Below the pieces are notes generated by a model that was given only the letters and a program-made list of their open reading frames with translations, did not search any database and was not told where the DNA came from. A stretch of DNA of 63,598 nt, filler included, from Collodictyon triciliatum (lineage: Eukaryota), in assembly GCA_043381765.1 (NCBI GenBank). It is 25 parts of 25 records of this genome, joined end to end, with 100 filler letters (N's around TTAATTAATTAA, not from the genome) between each part and the next. Parts side by side here need not be neighbours in the genome. Positions count along the whole stretch, not along the records: positions 24,687 to 27,076 come from JBHJMP010008981.1; positions 27,177 to 29,564 come from JBHJMP010008982.1; positions 29,665 to 32,052 come from JBHJMP010008983.1; positions 32,153 to 34,539 come from JBHJMP010008984.1; positions 34,640 to 37,026 come from JBHJMP010008985.1; positions 37,127 to 39,513 come from JBHJMP010008986.1; 19 more parts are not named here. One strand, 5' to 3'. Of the stretch, positions 24,830-37,231 are shown piece after piece (the stretch's first letter is position 1; each line of letters begins with the position of its first letter). A program made the translations under genes and the position numbers.

Positions 24830-27076
24830 TCTAAAATAACCATCCGTCTGCCATTTTCGCTTTTTAGCAAATGGGGATGAGACTGTGATTAGATTGTATG
24901 AGGAGATGCAAAGAGTATTACCAAGAAGAATAAAACTATCGATTAATAGGTGGTTTCCCTTAAACCGTCTATTAAAAATCGGAATGAATCATTTGTCAAT
25001 CTTAGATAGTTCAAATCAACATTTTTCCCCCTTTATTCGATTGAAAGTGCAGCGAGGTTATCCCATACAAGAGGCGAGATAGCTGCGCATGGTAGAGAGT
25101 AAACGCGAGTAAGAGAAGACACTACCGTGGAGAGGTTGGCGTTGGAAAGAAATCAGTGATAGCGAGTTGGTCAGGTGGGCGTCCCAACTGGTTGATTGAT
25201 TGCGCGGGTAGCAGGGGTTGGATATGCTGTGGGAGATATCGCACGACACATTCCCACATTTCTCTTCGCTTGCAGTCAGAGTAGCGAAGAATGCGAGCGT
25301 GTTTCAGCAGGCTGTTCAGTAAGCTGTATTGCACGAGGCTTTCAAGCCTGGATGCATCGATTTCTCTTTCGGGTGAATTATTGGAGCGAGAGAATGCACG
25401 CGCACATTCCTTGAAAACCCCAGCATATGTCCCCTTGTGAATGTCCAGAGTATTCTAGAGTCGTGGGTCATTTGGTATTGTGGGCCAAAACAGGCTGTCG
25501 GATGCGCTGAATCGGTTTGGAGCATAATCAGGCTCAGAGAGCATCTTGTGGGTTGATTTTGTGACTTTTTGAGCAAGGGAGCACTTCACAAATGTGTGTT
25601 CGATAGAGTCATCTCCACTATGGCACATGGTGCATTCTGGAGAGGTCGTTGCTTCATGGACTACACGCGCACCTATCCGCAGCTCTCTGTTGGAAATATA
25701 TATATATATATATAAGACAGGTGAATCCGTTACAGAAGCCCCTTTTCTGTAAGATAGTTACCAGTGCTTCGCGGTTCGCATAGTCGTATGCTTTCTCCAG
25801 GTCGTAGAAAATCATAGCGCGGGGTGTCCCGCTTACTTGATATTCCATGTACTCTTTGTTGACAACCCAGATGTTTGTGTCGATGTTCCTTCCGTTCATG
25901 AAACCAATCTGCTCTTTGGATATGAGTTTGTCAGCGATGAGTGATATGCGATTTCTGAGTAGCGTCGTAAATATCTTGTAGTCGTTATTCAATAGTGATA
26001 TTGGCTGCCAGTCTGCAAGATTACTCGAGTTTCCTTTTTTTGGTATCTGACGCACCGTGGCTTCTGTATATCCTTGCGGTAGGTCGCCACCAGACATGAT
26101 TCCATTCAGAAAAGTCACTAAGGATGCCTTGACCTCATTAAAGAAAGCAGAGTATATTCCGTTGGGCAGCCTATCTGGTCCTGGCGCCTTTCCGTTGTGT
26201 AGCGACTTGACCGCTTTCCACAATTCGCCTGCATCTATTGGTGCTATCATGCTGGCTGCTTGCGAGGGTGAAGCCTTGGAGCAGTTTGTGGTGATAAGCT
26301 CGAGAGTAGCAGCATCATAGTCTCGCCTTGACCACATCTTTGAGAAGAAGACGTGGGTGTTCTTTTTGTTGTTGCGAGGTAATAAATGATGCATGTCCTC
26401 AGATGGTGTGCAGGACGGATACAAGGTCTTTTCTTTTTCCTTTCCTAGTCCAAAGAACCATTTCTCCATCTGCTCAAAGTCTCGCAAGTATCTCGCTTCC
26501 CATTTTTCGCGGTATTTGTGGATATCTGATGTTAGCTGCTCGGCAAGTTTATCCTCCAAGCTCGCCAGTTTTTCTTTTTGGGTGCGTTTCCACCCCGATG
26601 GTCTACCGGCTGCTTTCATCAGAGCCTCTTTTTCCCTTTCAAGCTTCTTCCGCTCCTCTCCATCCTTATTTTTGAACCAGCTCGATTTTTGGATAAGAAG
26701 AATAGAGAGCTGCTTTAGGATTATTGGCCATCCCGCCTCGATGGGCGCATCACCTGGAGTGTTGAAGTAAGCCCTGAGCTTGTTTTGTATGTCTTGTATC
26801 GACTTGGAGTCATTGTATGTCCTCCAGTCTATATACCTCGCCTGCGAATCACAGCCACTGCCTGAATCGATGTGAGCCAGGATAGCACTGTGGTCGGACA
26901 ACACAGAATAGACTGTTTTAAGTTTCTTGAACCACGCATGCAAGTCCCTTGTGCAGAGGAAGCGATCGATTCTGCTCCACGTGAAGCCGCTTTTTGTATG
27001 TCTTCTGCACGTTGCTCCTAGAGAGTGAGGATTGAGCGTCTTCCAAGGGTCTTGCAGCTTGTGTCTGATTGTCCAG
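24830..27076 (-). mobile_element. L1/Tx1-like LINE family B: AP-endonuclease end, RT N-half, internal deletion, CCHC finger, 3'UTR
   Basis: Endonuclease end WSRIDRFLC..SDHSAIL; RT motifs KAPGPDRLP, IPKKG..WQPISLLNNDYKIF, EQIGFMNGRNI, YDLEKAYD. It jumps at the (TA)n near 25700 to CTMCHSGDDSIEHTFVKC and ends DQLAITDFFPTPTSPR*. Confidence 0.93.
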
Positions 27077-27301
27077 NNNNNNNNNNNNNNNNNNNNNNNN
27101 NNNNNNNNNNNNNNNNNNNNTTAATTAATTAANNNNNNNNNNNNNNNNNNNNNNNNNNNNNNNNNNNNNNNNNNNNTATGTATGTATGTATGTATGTATG
27201 TATGTATGTATGTATGTATGTATGTATGTATGTATGTATGTATGTATGTATGTATGTATGTATGTATGTATAGATATAATTTTGTTAACACAATACCACT
27301 A

Positions 27302-28383
27302 GATTTCCTTGATTAGTGTAGGAATCATGACGAACTTATATATTATTGAGCAAGAAATCCGAGAAAAGTTTGGCGACAGGTTCGATGTCGTTGTTGGTAA
27401 TGAGGATAATAACGCTTTTGTTCGTATCAGATGCAGCTTAGTTGATGTAAGCATACAATCAAAGTGATCTTTTAGCAATAATGGCTTTCCAAATGATTTC
27501 ATTTTTATATTTATTCCCAACCATAATTCAAAATAGGAATCATATCTCAATATCCAGAAAAATAATGAAAACTATCAATAAAACACATAATCCATATATT
27601 ATAATATGTATTTAATCAGCAGCAAGGGGTGAGTGATATGGAACAAGAGAAAAATTCTCTTGGGCTCCTAAGAAAAACAGAAAGGGACTTCCTTGATAAA
27701 GTAATCTCAACACCTTCCATGATTCCAATCTACAATACTTTGATTATGGGTGAACGTGCTTCAATTGCCATGTTTGATAACCGTAAAATATGCTCTTTCA
27801 AAAACACAAATAGGTTAAGCTCCTAGGAATTGAGGAGGTCAAAGTTGCTGAGGTGCGAGAGTCGAATGCCATCTCGGATACCTTTACTAGGAAATTCTTT
27901 GATGTTGATGGGCGGCTCAAAAGAGTCAACGAAAAAATAGTGGAAACTTGCGGGTCCAATCTCTTGGCTGCCTTGAACGTTCGTTATGTTGACCGGAACC
28001 GCACAATCAGCAATGAAATTGTAGAAGTCAGCCACGTCCTTGGAATCGAAGCAGCGAGAAAGTTACTCATGCTGGAGCTGAGAAATATATATGGAAGCGA
28101 CAAAATCAACTACCGCCACTTGGCAATTTTGACCGAAGTGATGACACACCGAGGTCATCTCGCAGCTATCACGCATTCAGGAATCAACACAAGCGAGAGC
28201 AGAACTCTGATGAAATCCTCCTTTGAGCAAACCGTGGAGGTCTTGCTGGAAGCTGCAGTGATGTCTGAATGCGACCGCCTTCGAGGCGTGAGTGAAAACA
28301 CCCTTCTCGGGTAACTAGCGCCAATGGGCACAGGCGAGTTTGAGCTCCTTATGTCAGTCAACCAGGTGAAAAGAGCGAAGTAG
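27302..28383 (+). pseudogene. Divergent RNA polymerase II largest-subunit (RPB1-like) C-terminal region; 3 exons, in-frame TAA, no CTD
   Basis: Exons about 27302-27446, 27621-27700 and 27814-28383. Encodes RTISNEIVEVSHVLGIEAARK, INYRHLAILTEVMTHRG and SFEQTVEVLLEAA..LRGVSENTLLG*LAPMGTGEFEL, with TAA (28312-28314) at the conserved Gln. The next stop is TAG at 28381. Confidence 0.75.
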
Positions 28384-28933
28384 GATCAGTTGGACACTTC
28401 AGTGCGTGACGAAGGATGGCGAAAATTTTCTTGATTGTCTGGGACTAATGCCCTCAAGAAAGAATAAAGGGTATTGAGAGCGGCATCCTTTTCCTTTCGA
28501 TGTTTGATTCGGAAAGCTCGACCGAGGACACTGCCTTCGCCTCTAGGACAAAAATGAGTTGTAGACGAGACAATTTAAAACCTCGGATTGTGTGGTTGGG
28601 GTTTTTGTGTTTTGGGTGGAGAAAAAGAAGGAAAGAAAAAGAAAAAGAAAAAGAAAAAGAAAAAGAAAAAGAAAAAGAAAAAGAAAAAGAAAAAGAAAAA
28701 GAAAAAGAAAAAGAAAAAGAAAAAGAAAATAGAAAGGAGAGAAAGGGTTCTCACACGCAGACTAATCTACCCGAGGTGAATAAGCTACAACACGATTTCT
28801 GGTTGTATTCGAGAGTGATAGAAGAGCGGATAAAGTTGTCGGGTCGATGAAAGTACGCACATGGCAGTTACTCCTCAAATCGATTCGACGAGTCCTTTCA
28901 ACCGTCTATCTCAGACAAAGTTTACATCCTATT

Positions 28934-29564
28934 TCATTCCACAGGATGAGTCTTTTGAGGGGACAACGGGTCATTTTCCTTGCATTTCTTGCTGGGCGAC
29001 TCTGACAAAAAGCGATACATAGTTGTTTGTCTGGTATTATCGGAAGTGGCGCTTGACCGTCCCCTGGCATCGGGACCATGCGCAGCCGGCAGTGGACTTT
29101 GCTTAACCGGAGAATGAATACGCGTTTGTGGTTTTAGAAACATACGCTCCTGCTTGCTCGGACTGTCTTTGGTGTGTAGAGTTCCAACCCTGGATTCTAC
29201 TTGTGGTGTTTGCTCTTGCTCCTTGGTTCTCGGTGCGACGGGCTGGGCAGGGTAAACGGACTATCTTTGGTGGGCGCTGGTTCTTGTGTTGCCTTCGTTT
29301 TGGAGTATCCTTTCGGATAAGTAGCGAAGACTTCCTTGAGGTTTCCTCTTTAATCATATTCATGTCAGTCTGAATGGGTAGTGTAAGGGTGATTTCTTTC
29401 GGGGTTTGGAGATGCGCTGCTCTTGGGTCTTGCGATGTGCGGGCTTGTCCGGTGTTGGCGGTGTTGGGCTCGAGTGCGAGGATTCTGAAGAGGAACCGAG
29501 ATTTCCTTCCATGTCATCGTCGCTGTCGCTGTATGCGCGTATCTGCTGTGAGTCTTGTGGGCTC
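28934..29564 (-). mobile_element. LINE ORF1 C-terminal fragment (same family as 23140-24024)
   Basis: Shares about 130 nt near-identically with 23171-23301 and continues in a frameshifted basic, S/P-rich frame. Confidence 0.6.
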
Positions 29565-29988
29565 NNNNNNNNNNNNNNNNNNNNNNNNNNNNNNNNNNNN
29601 NNNNNNNNTTAATTAATTAANNNNNNNNNNNNNNNNNNNNNNNNNNNNNNNNNNNNNNNNNNNNTTGTTTCTCTTTGTTTCTCTTTGTTTCTCTTTGTTT
29701 CTCTTTGTTTCTCTTTGTTTCTCTTTGTTTCTCTTTGTTTCTCTTTGTTTCTCTTTGTTTCTCCTTTCTCCATCTGTTTCTCTTTCCTCAATCCTTATTT
29801 CCTTCACTTTTTCTTTTTCAACTTGTATCCTACTTCACCACTTGATCGATGCGCCTCTACTATGCTAAATGAAACAATTTTTAATCATATAGTGTTCCAT
29901 TTCTTCGTTTGGCAGATATATCACATATGTTGAATGTTAAGTAGAAAAGTGAACATTGCACTTTAATCATCCTACTTTTCATTATCAG

Positions 29989-30481
29989 GTTTTTAAACCA
30001 AGAACACCCCCAGAACTGATAGACCTTGTTGCAAAGACTTTGGTATACACCCCATTCAACCGATTGAAAGCTGTGGATGCGATGGCACACACAAGCTTTG
30101 ACGAGCTTAGAGATGCAGCAAACAAAGCATCGGCATCAAAGCAGCTCTCGCCGCTGTTCGACTTTATGCCCTTAGGTAATACCGCACGAGGATGTGTGCG
30201 TGGCCCACCCTTCGTATTCTTTTATTTGCTGGATTTATCATATTTCTATTTCATTAAAAAAGAAAAAAAAGAAAAGGAAAGGAAAGAAGGAAGAAAAGGA
30301 ATTGACTCTTATGTTTTCTTGTGCCAAAAAATATGCAGAACTTAAAGGCTCGTCAGTAGAGGTTATAAGAAGGCTTATTCCAGAGTCGTACATAGGACTA
30401 CTTACGGTACCTTTCAATCAGCTTGTCGCCATGGCTGCCGTCCAGAACGCTGATGCAAACCATGGCACAGCACCCAAATAG
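29989..30481 (+). CDS. GSK3: GSK3/shaggy-like kinase, last two exons
   Basis: VFKPRTPPELIDLVAKTLVYTPFNRLKAVDAMAHTSFDELRD..LSPLFDF, then ELKGSSVEVIRRLIPE..*: the characteristic GSK3 C-terminus. Confidence 0.85.
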
Positions 30482-30783
30482 TTGATGCTGATAAACTGAA
30501 TATCCGCTATGTACCCAACCGTGATAAACAAAAGGAAAAAGATGAAAGAAAAGAAGTATATCGCACTGTAATTCCCTAGTAAATATTCGTGCAATCACAA
30601 CACTCAAGATGGAAGAGGTGTAGACATCTTTAGAATTATTCTTTCTGCATATGGTCTCATAAACTACTCTAAGTATAGTGGTCATGCAAAAAGCGTGGTA
30701 ATTAGTCAGCGGATTTATTACGTGCCATTTTTTTCTCGTTGTCCAAAGACAAAGATGTTCTATTGAAGTTCTTCATAAAGTGA

Positions 30784-31765
30784 TTATCTGTCCTTCTTGG
30801 CGCGAACGAACTCCCGGTCTTTCCATGTACTCTTGCGCAGCTTCATGGGTCTATTGCCGCAATATTTCCCTAGAAATGTATCATTGGACCAGATAGTAAA
30901 AAAATATGTATATACAATTCTCATGAACCTCTCTAGTATTGGCGGTTCTTCTCTTTGGGGCTAGTCTTCAGACATTCAAAAGAGCATTAATAATCGAGGA
31001 TAATTGATTCACTTGGAGTCTACTTTTTCTTTGAAACTCATACCATTCATCTCTTTTAGGGCTCTTACAAAATCACATGGGTCAAGAAAGCTAACGAAGC
31101 CGTATCCTTTCGTCTTGCGAGTTCTCTTGTCCCGAATTACCTGAGTTTCCCATTTATTAGGATATGTGGCCCTTTGTATATATCAATCTTCCTTTCCATT
31201 TGTTCGAGATATTGGATGTTTTTGGCTTTAATTTGCTAGTTTTTGTAGGATAAATACGCATGTACATATTCTACTCGAAAGATGGTTTTCGTAATCGATT
31301 TAGTTACCGTGGAAATGAATACATTGGTTTTATACTTACCCTCGCTTTTGTGGCAGAGGGATATTTCCGAAAAGCCAGCAGAAGTGTGTCATCGCTCACG
31401 TCATTTCCAAGGTCCCCACAGAACATACGGAAATCACCTTTTACCGTCGGACAGGGACGTTAGCGTGAAGTACTTTGCAGCCCCTCCGACGCGCCGCGGC
31501 GAAGGGATTATTTCGCAGTGCGTGGGATTGTCAGAAGGATATGTGCTTTTGGAGCATACCGGGAGTGAAGTGACAAAGCAGAGTGGCATGGAATTATTAT
31601 ACATATTAATGATAACTCAGTATCGAAGAGAGTATGGCAGATACCCTCAGGCCAGTCCAAGAGAGACTCGTCCTCCCATGTATGTCCTGCTGCGTGGCGC
31701 ATCATTCTCTTCCTTTTTTTATCATCCTTTTTTTCATCTATACGAGTAGGAGGAGGTCGGGTGGC
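30784..31765 (-). CDS. RBM42: RNA-binding protein RBM42 (RRM), 3' exons
   Basis: RHAAGHTWEDESLLDWPE / DFRMFCGDLGNDVSDDTLLLAFRKYPS / VIRDKRTRKTKGYGFVSF..ALKEMN / GKYCGNRPMKLRKSTWKDR..* (TAA 30784-30786). Not seen in the ORF track because of introns. Confidence 0.92.
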
Positions 31766-31920
31766 TTGAATTAAAACACATAAGACTAATTATATACCAT
31801 CATCTATTTCTATTTTCAATCATCCCTCTATCGATAGGAGGTGCATCGCAAAATGAGAAGGGGTAAAGTCCATCGCACAACTTCATCTTGAATTTATAGA
31901 TTGTGGATTGATTATTATTA

Positions 31921-32009
<89 letters not shown>

Positions 32010-32289
32010 GTTATTGTTATTGTTATTGTTATTATTATTGTTATTATTATTGNNNNNNNNNNNNNNNNNNNNNNNNNNNNNNNNNNNNNNNNNNNNTTAA
32101 TTAATTAANNNNNNNNNNNNNNNNNNNNNNNNNNNNNNNNNNNNNNNNNNNNAACAATAAAACAATAAAACAATAAAACAATAAAACAATAAAACAATAA
32201 AACAATAAAACAATAAAACAATAAAACAATAAAACAATAAAACAATAAAAGTAAAAAAAAGGAACTTATTTGCCTAATACTTTGGATCA

Positions 32290-34539
32290 AGTGAATGGCA
32301 GGTACTGTGGCTGCGTCGTCGGTTTATTGTGTTCTTGTTTGCCCCGCGTCGAGTTGATCAGCTCCGGGCAGATAAGGTGGTATTGCTGGGCAGAAAAAGA
32401 ACCCGATCCCTCAAACTACTCTTTCCACTCCGAGGCGAAAGACCGAAGAGCCCTGCCAACAAGAAAGTGTGAGTTAGCAAGCGCCGCCCATTCCAAAGTC
32501 TGCCAAGAACAATCGATTTTCAGAGATGTCCAGCGCGATCAGGCGCGTCATCCCAAAGAGCGACTCTGGCAAGGAGGACAGCTTGTTTCTTGCGATTCCC
32601 AGGTGGGTTAGGCTCGTGAGAAGGGAGACTTGCGGGGGCAGGATTGATATTTGATTTTGAGACAGATTGATCTGCAAGAGGCCTGTCAATTCCAACAAGG
32701 GAGGCGGGAAAAAATGAAATAGGCTGCCTGACAGGAGGACACGCGAGAGTCTGGTCAACTTGGCAATGTCTGGTGGCAGTTCGGATAGGCAGTTTTCTGA
32801 GATGTTGAGGCAAGTCAGGTTGCTCAGCACTGATATTGTGCCTGGGAGGTGGGATATCTGGGATGAGAGCATCGATTACTGTTGGTGCGATAGATATCCA
32901 GGGGGAGTGTAACCATGAAGGATAAAGTATGTGAACCAACAAGCTCCAACAGGAGAGCTTTGAAGAAAAGATATATAAAAAAGAATCTAAAAGAAACAAC
33001 ATCAACAACAACAAAAAAAAAGTATGAGACAGAAAAACAAGACTGGCAATCAATACCTGATTGCTGGAGAGATTCAGGGTCGCCTTGCCAGGAAGATTCA
33101 TCAGAACGGAAGGGATCGTTGTGAACGAATTATGTGTTGACTCAATTTTATCGGATGAATATTTAATGGAATCCAGGAATATTTGAGATTCAGATAGGAA
33201 AGAGTTCTCCCACAGTTCAAGTATTTCGATATTCTCCAGTGCGTAGAGGTTTGGGAGGGTGTGAATCTTTGTAAATTGAAGGCACCATTATTATTATTAT
33301 TACTATTATATGTTTCATACTAGCTCCAACTGACCATTTTCAGGACTTGTGGAAACAATAAGGCAGGGTATTCAGATTTTGGAAACTTTGATGAGAAATA
33401 CCTTATTATCGCGAGCACGAAGTGCATTCAACAATGTCAGCATGGATATTTCTGGTGGGAGGGACTCCAACCCCCCGTAAGAAATATCAAGGGATGTTAG
33501 CAAAGTTAGACTCGAAATTTGGGACGACAGGATGTTTATCGTGCTGGTGTCAAGTGAAATGCAGACGCAGCGCTCTAAACTTGCATGTTCTGGATATCCT
33601 CTAGGGTTTAGGAGAAGGATTTCTTTTGATTCCTACATAATAAAGATATTAACAAAAACTCTTGATTCTTTACGGTTGGGCTCTGATAATCACCGAGGCT
33701 TCCCATTAAAATCCATATAATAACTATATGCCTTAGTGTATATTTGGATTACCCCGGATACTACTTGGTGTCCTGACAATAAGTACTTTAATTCGACTAA
33801 TGTTTCAACTCTATCGGCTACATTGCTAAAGGTTCTTCGGAGAATATCCCCACTGTAATTGTTTATAACTAACCTTGGGTTATACCGGACAGGCCTCGGT
33901 TTATTCATCAGTAGGGCCCAGATCACACCACCTATCTCACTCACGGTACATCGCTCAAACAAGGAAGCGTGTGCTTTGGGTATGTTTTCTATCAACCAAA
34001 TCGATTGGATTGCTCGGATATATTCTGCGCTTAAGGCTTCATATCGGTGATTGAGCCCATAATCACACAGAACAACTCTTCCGTCCGACTTCAGAAATAT
34101 ATTTGATGGTTTAATATTGCAAAAATCAATCCCATCTTCTCGTAGACGAATGGCCAGATGACAAAGCTCCTTTCCAAGGATGACTGCATCCTCCCAAGTG
34201 AATCTAGTCTCCCTGATGAGGTCTGAGTAACACTTTCCGTCTATCCACTCTCGAATGATGTAAAAGTTTCCTTTATCAAAATACGTAGCAATGTACGGAC
34301 AAAACCTCGAACCGCAAACAGCTCGCTTCAATCTTTCAATATCAAAGGCTAAAAAGCGTTCTTTCAAGGATTGATCCGCCCCCAAGTTGTAGCACTTCAC
34401 CGCAACATCCAAGCCTAATCCTCCAAGGTGTCCGCGGCACAAGCTGTAGCCCATAAAAGTATAGACTTCATGACTGGTGATAAGATCCTCGGGCAAAGTG
34501 TTGCCTTTGTATCCTCCGAGTCTTTGAATTCCGACGTTC
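32290..34539 (-). CDS. Degenerate protein-kinase domain followed by leucine-rich repeats (possibly pseudogenised)
   Basis: Kinase-like VAVKCY..IIREWIDG..DFCNIKPSNIFL..LCDYG, open to the scaffold end. Downstream exons encode LRRs (LTSLDISYGGLESLPPEI, LTCLNISENCLSELPPDI, LTHLGIARNKLSSLPESL). There are apparent frame breaks near 32880-32950 and 32480. Confidence 0.7.
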
Positions 34540-34639
34540 NNNNNNNNNNNNNNNNNNNNNNNNNNNNNNNNNNNNNNNNNNNNTTAATTAATTAANNNNN
34601 NNNNNNNNNNNNNNNNNNNNNNNNNNNNNNNNNNNNNNN

Positions 34640-37026
34640 ATAGACGGATTACTTGAACAAGACATTCCTATCACCGACGATGATTTTTTAGACGACATTG
34701 CAATAATGTTTATAGCCGCACAGGAAGAAGCCGACCTACTTCCGCCAGATGTCAGACAAGCCCTGAACGATTCTATAAAAATATTGAATGAAAAAGTAAC
34801 AGTGTCACCCGATGATATTGATGTAACTTTTACAGAAGAACCACAAGAATCAGACACACTTTTAGCTACACCGGCAAACACACCACGAGGGAACTTAGGT
34901 TTAGCCTCACAATCATACACACAAAGAACATCTGGGTTTGGAACTAGAGTAGTAGGTGACCAAGGGGAAATTGCTAGAAGAGAATTGACTTTTGATGAGC
35001 CAGGTGGCGAATCAAAAGATGAAACAATCAGACGACTACAACAGGAAGTTAATGATCTGAGACAAGAATTAGTAAGAATGCGAGAAGTAGCAAGTGAAGC
35101 TCAACAACTATATGACAAATTATTCTATGATATGATTAGAATACAAGACGTGAACGAGACGGCCCGCAAAATGGACGCCGAGTATATTAGCAAGTTACGA
35201 GTAAAAATGGCAGAGTTAACACCTCGTCGGCCTGGCAAATTTAAACAACCTACTCCGATTTCGCAAGCTCAGGCTGCTACCCAAACCTGGACTCCGCTTC
35301 ATATAATCAGACATCAAGAATATCCTGAAACACCACAGAAAAGTGGGGGTGTAAGGGTAGTAATAACACCCCAAAAACAACTGACAGGGCCGATCGAATC
35401 AGGCGCATCAGAACAAACAGCTTACACACGAAAAGCGTTTTCGCCTAGACCCCCATTAGCTCCTGCTACCCCTGTACGTGTGTTTCCACCAGAAAAAAGT
35501 CCAGCAGCCCAAGAATTAATAGACAATTCAAAAGCCTTGACTGTCAGAATATCTCAGGTGACCAGAAATCTAGCAATGGCCAGAAGTATGACCCCGGGTA
35601 GATTAACACAAGGCGATTTAATGGGCGCCCAGCAGCTGTACATTGATCAACTCAAAAATGAATTATTAGAATTAAGAGGACAAGTAAAAGATCATCGATT
35701 TGCTATTCGAGACGTAGACAGACCTGAAGCGCAGAATCAAGTCGCACAAACTAGAAGTAATTTCCTGGCCCTTGAAGATAATCGTGCTGCTAGAGTTCAA
35801 GCCTTACAAAATGATGTAATTAACACACAATTAGCTCTCATTGAAAGACGAGGCGATTTAACTGATGAAGGCAATCAGGAACTTAATAATTTAGAGAAGG
35901 CACTAAATGCAGCAGCCAGCGACTTGGTTAAACTTGAAAAGCTGAGACTACAACAATTGGAATTTTTTATGTCTCTCGATCAAGAGCGACAAGAGCAAAT
36001 CGAAGCACTCAAAGGAGCCGCTCCAAAAGCCCCAAGTAGACTAGCCCAGGAAGCAGCTAAAAGAGCAGCTGAACAGGAAAGAAGAAATGTAGAACTGGTT
36101 CAAGAAAAAGCAAAGTTAGAGAAACAATTGGCTGCGCTTCAAGCACAACAACAACAAGCACAAGCTCAACCGTCAAGCACAGACCCTGATGAACTTAGAC
36201 GACAACAAGAATTACTCGCACAACAAAATGAACAGCTAAGAGACCTACAAAGACAACTAAATGAAAAAGAAGTTCAACTTAATGATGGAGCTGCCAAAGA
36301 AAGACAATTACAAGCCGAATTAGAAGCAGCTAAAGCCGCAGAAGAAGCAGCTAAAGCCGCACCCAAGGCCACACCCAAAAGACTGAAACAAGCAATCAAC
36401 CGCGCTAACGAGGAACAAACCAGAAACCAAGAGCTTCGACAACAGATTGAAGAAGTAGGTAGAGCAAGACAAGAAGCAGAAAACAAACTTGCAGCTGAAA
36501 GACAAAGGCAAGCTGAAAAACCTGTGACAGGTAAAACTCCAGAGAAAAAACAAGAAAATCAAGTTAAACGTGAACAAATTATTAATACTCTAGAAAATAA
36601 ACTTGATCAACAAGAGCGACGATATCAGAGAACGATAGCTCGATTAGAACAAAGTAATCTTGACCTTGTGCGTGAATCAGACAAGGCACTTCAACAATTA
36701 CAAGCAGACAGGGAAAAAGATGCTCAGACCATACGCAATTTAATCGCACAAACACAGGCACAGGGAAACACGATTCAATTCCAAGCCCGAGAAGCACAAG
36801 AACGAGAACAAGAACAGCAGAGACTTGTCCAGGAAAATATTGACCTACAAGCAAATATAGAAAGACTGAGAGCAGAAAAAAGAGCTGCATCCAGAGCGGG
36901 CAGCGCAGCAACAACTCCTAGACAAACGCAAAATAATCCTCTTGGTAGTAATATGGGATCACGTTCACAACAATCATTTACTGCTTCTCAACGCGGCGCA
37001 GGTATCAATCCAACACCCTCGTTTGT
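34640..37026 (+). CDS. Large intronless Q/E/A/R-rich coiled-coil protein of unknown function, open at both scaffold ends
   Basis: A single uninterrupted frame spans the whole scaffold, with A-ending codon bias, heptad-like segments and many S/T-P-x-K/R motifs. Confidence 0.75.
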
Positions 37027-37231
37027 NNNNNNNNNNNNNNNNNNNNNNNNNNNNNNNNNNNNNNNNNNNNTTAATTAATTAANNNNNNNNNNNNNNNNNN
37101 NNNNNNNNNNNNNNNNNNNNNNNNNNGGAATAAAAAAGGAATAAAAAAGGAATAAAAAAGGAATAAAAAAGGAATAAAAAAGGAATAAAAAAGGAATAAA
37201 AAAGGAATAAAAAAGGAATAAAAAATGTAGA

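Noticed and set aside
28312-28314. TAA at a conserved Gln suggesting a TAR=Gln genetic code
   Set aside because: GluRS, RBM42 and the CDF transporter end in TAA, and the Arp ends in TAG, all at expected termini. Long host exons use only CAA/CAG for Gln.
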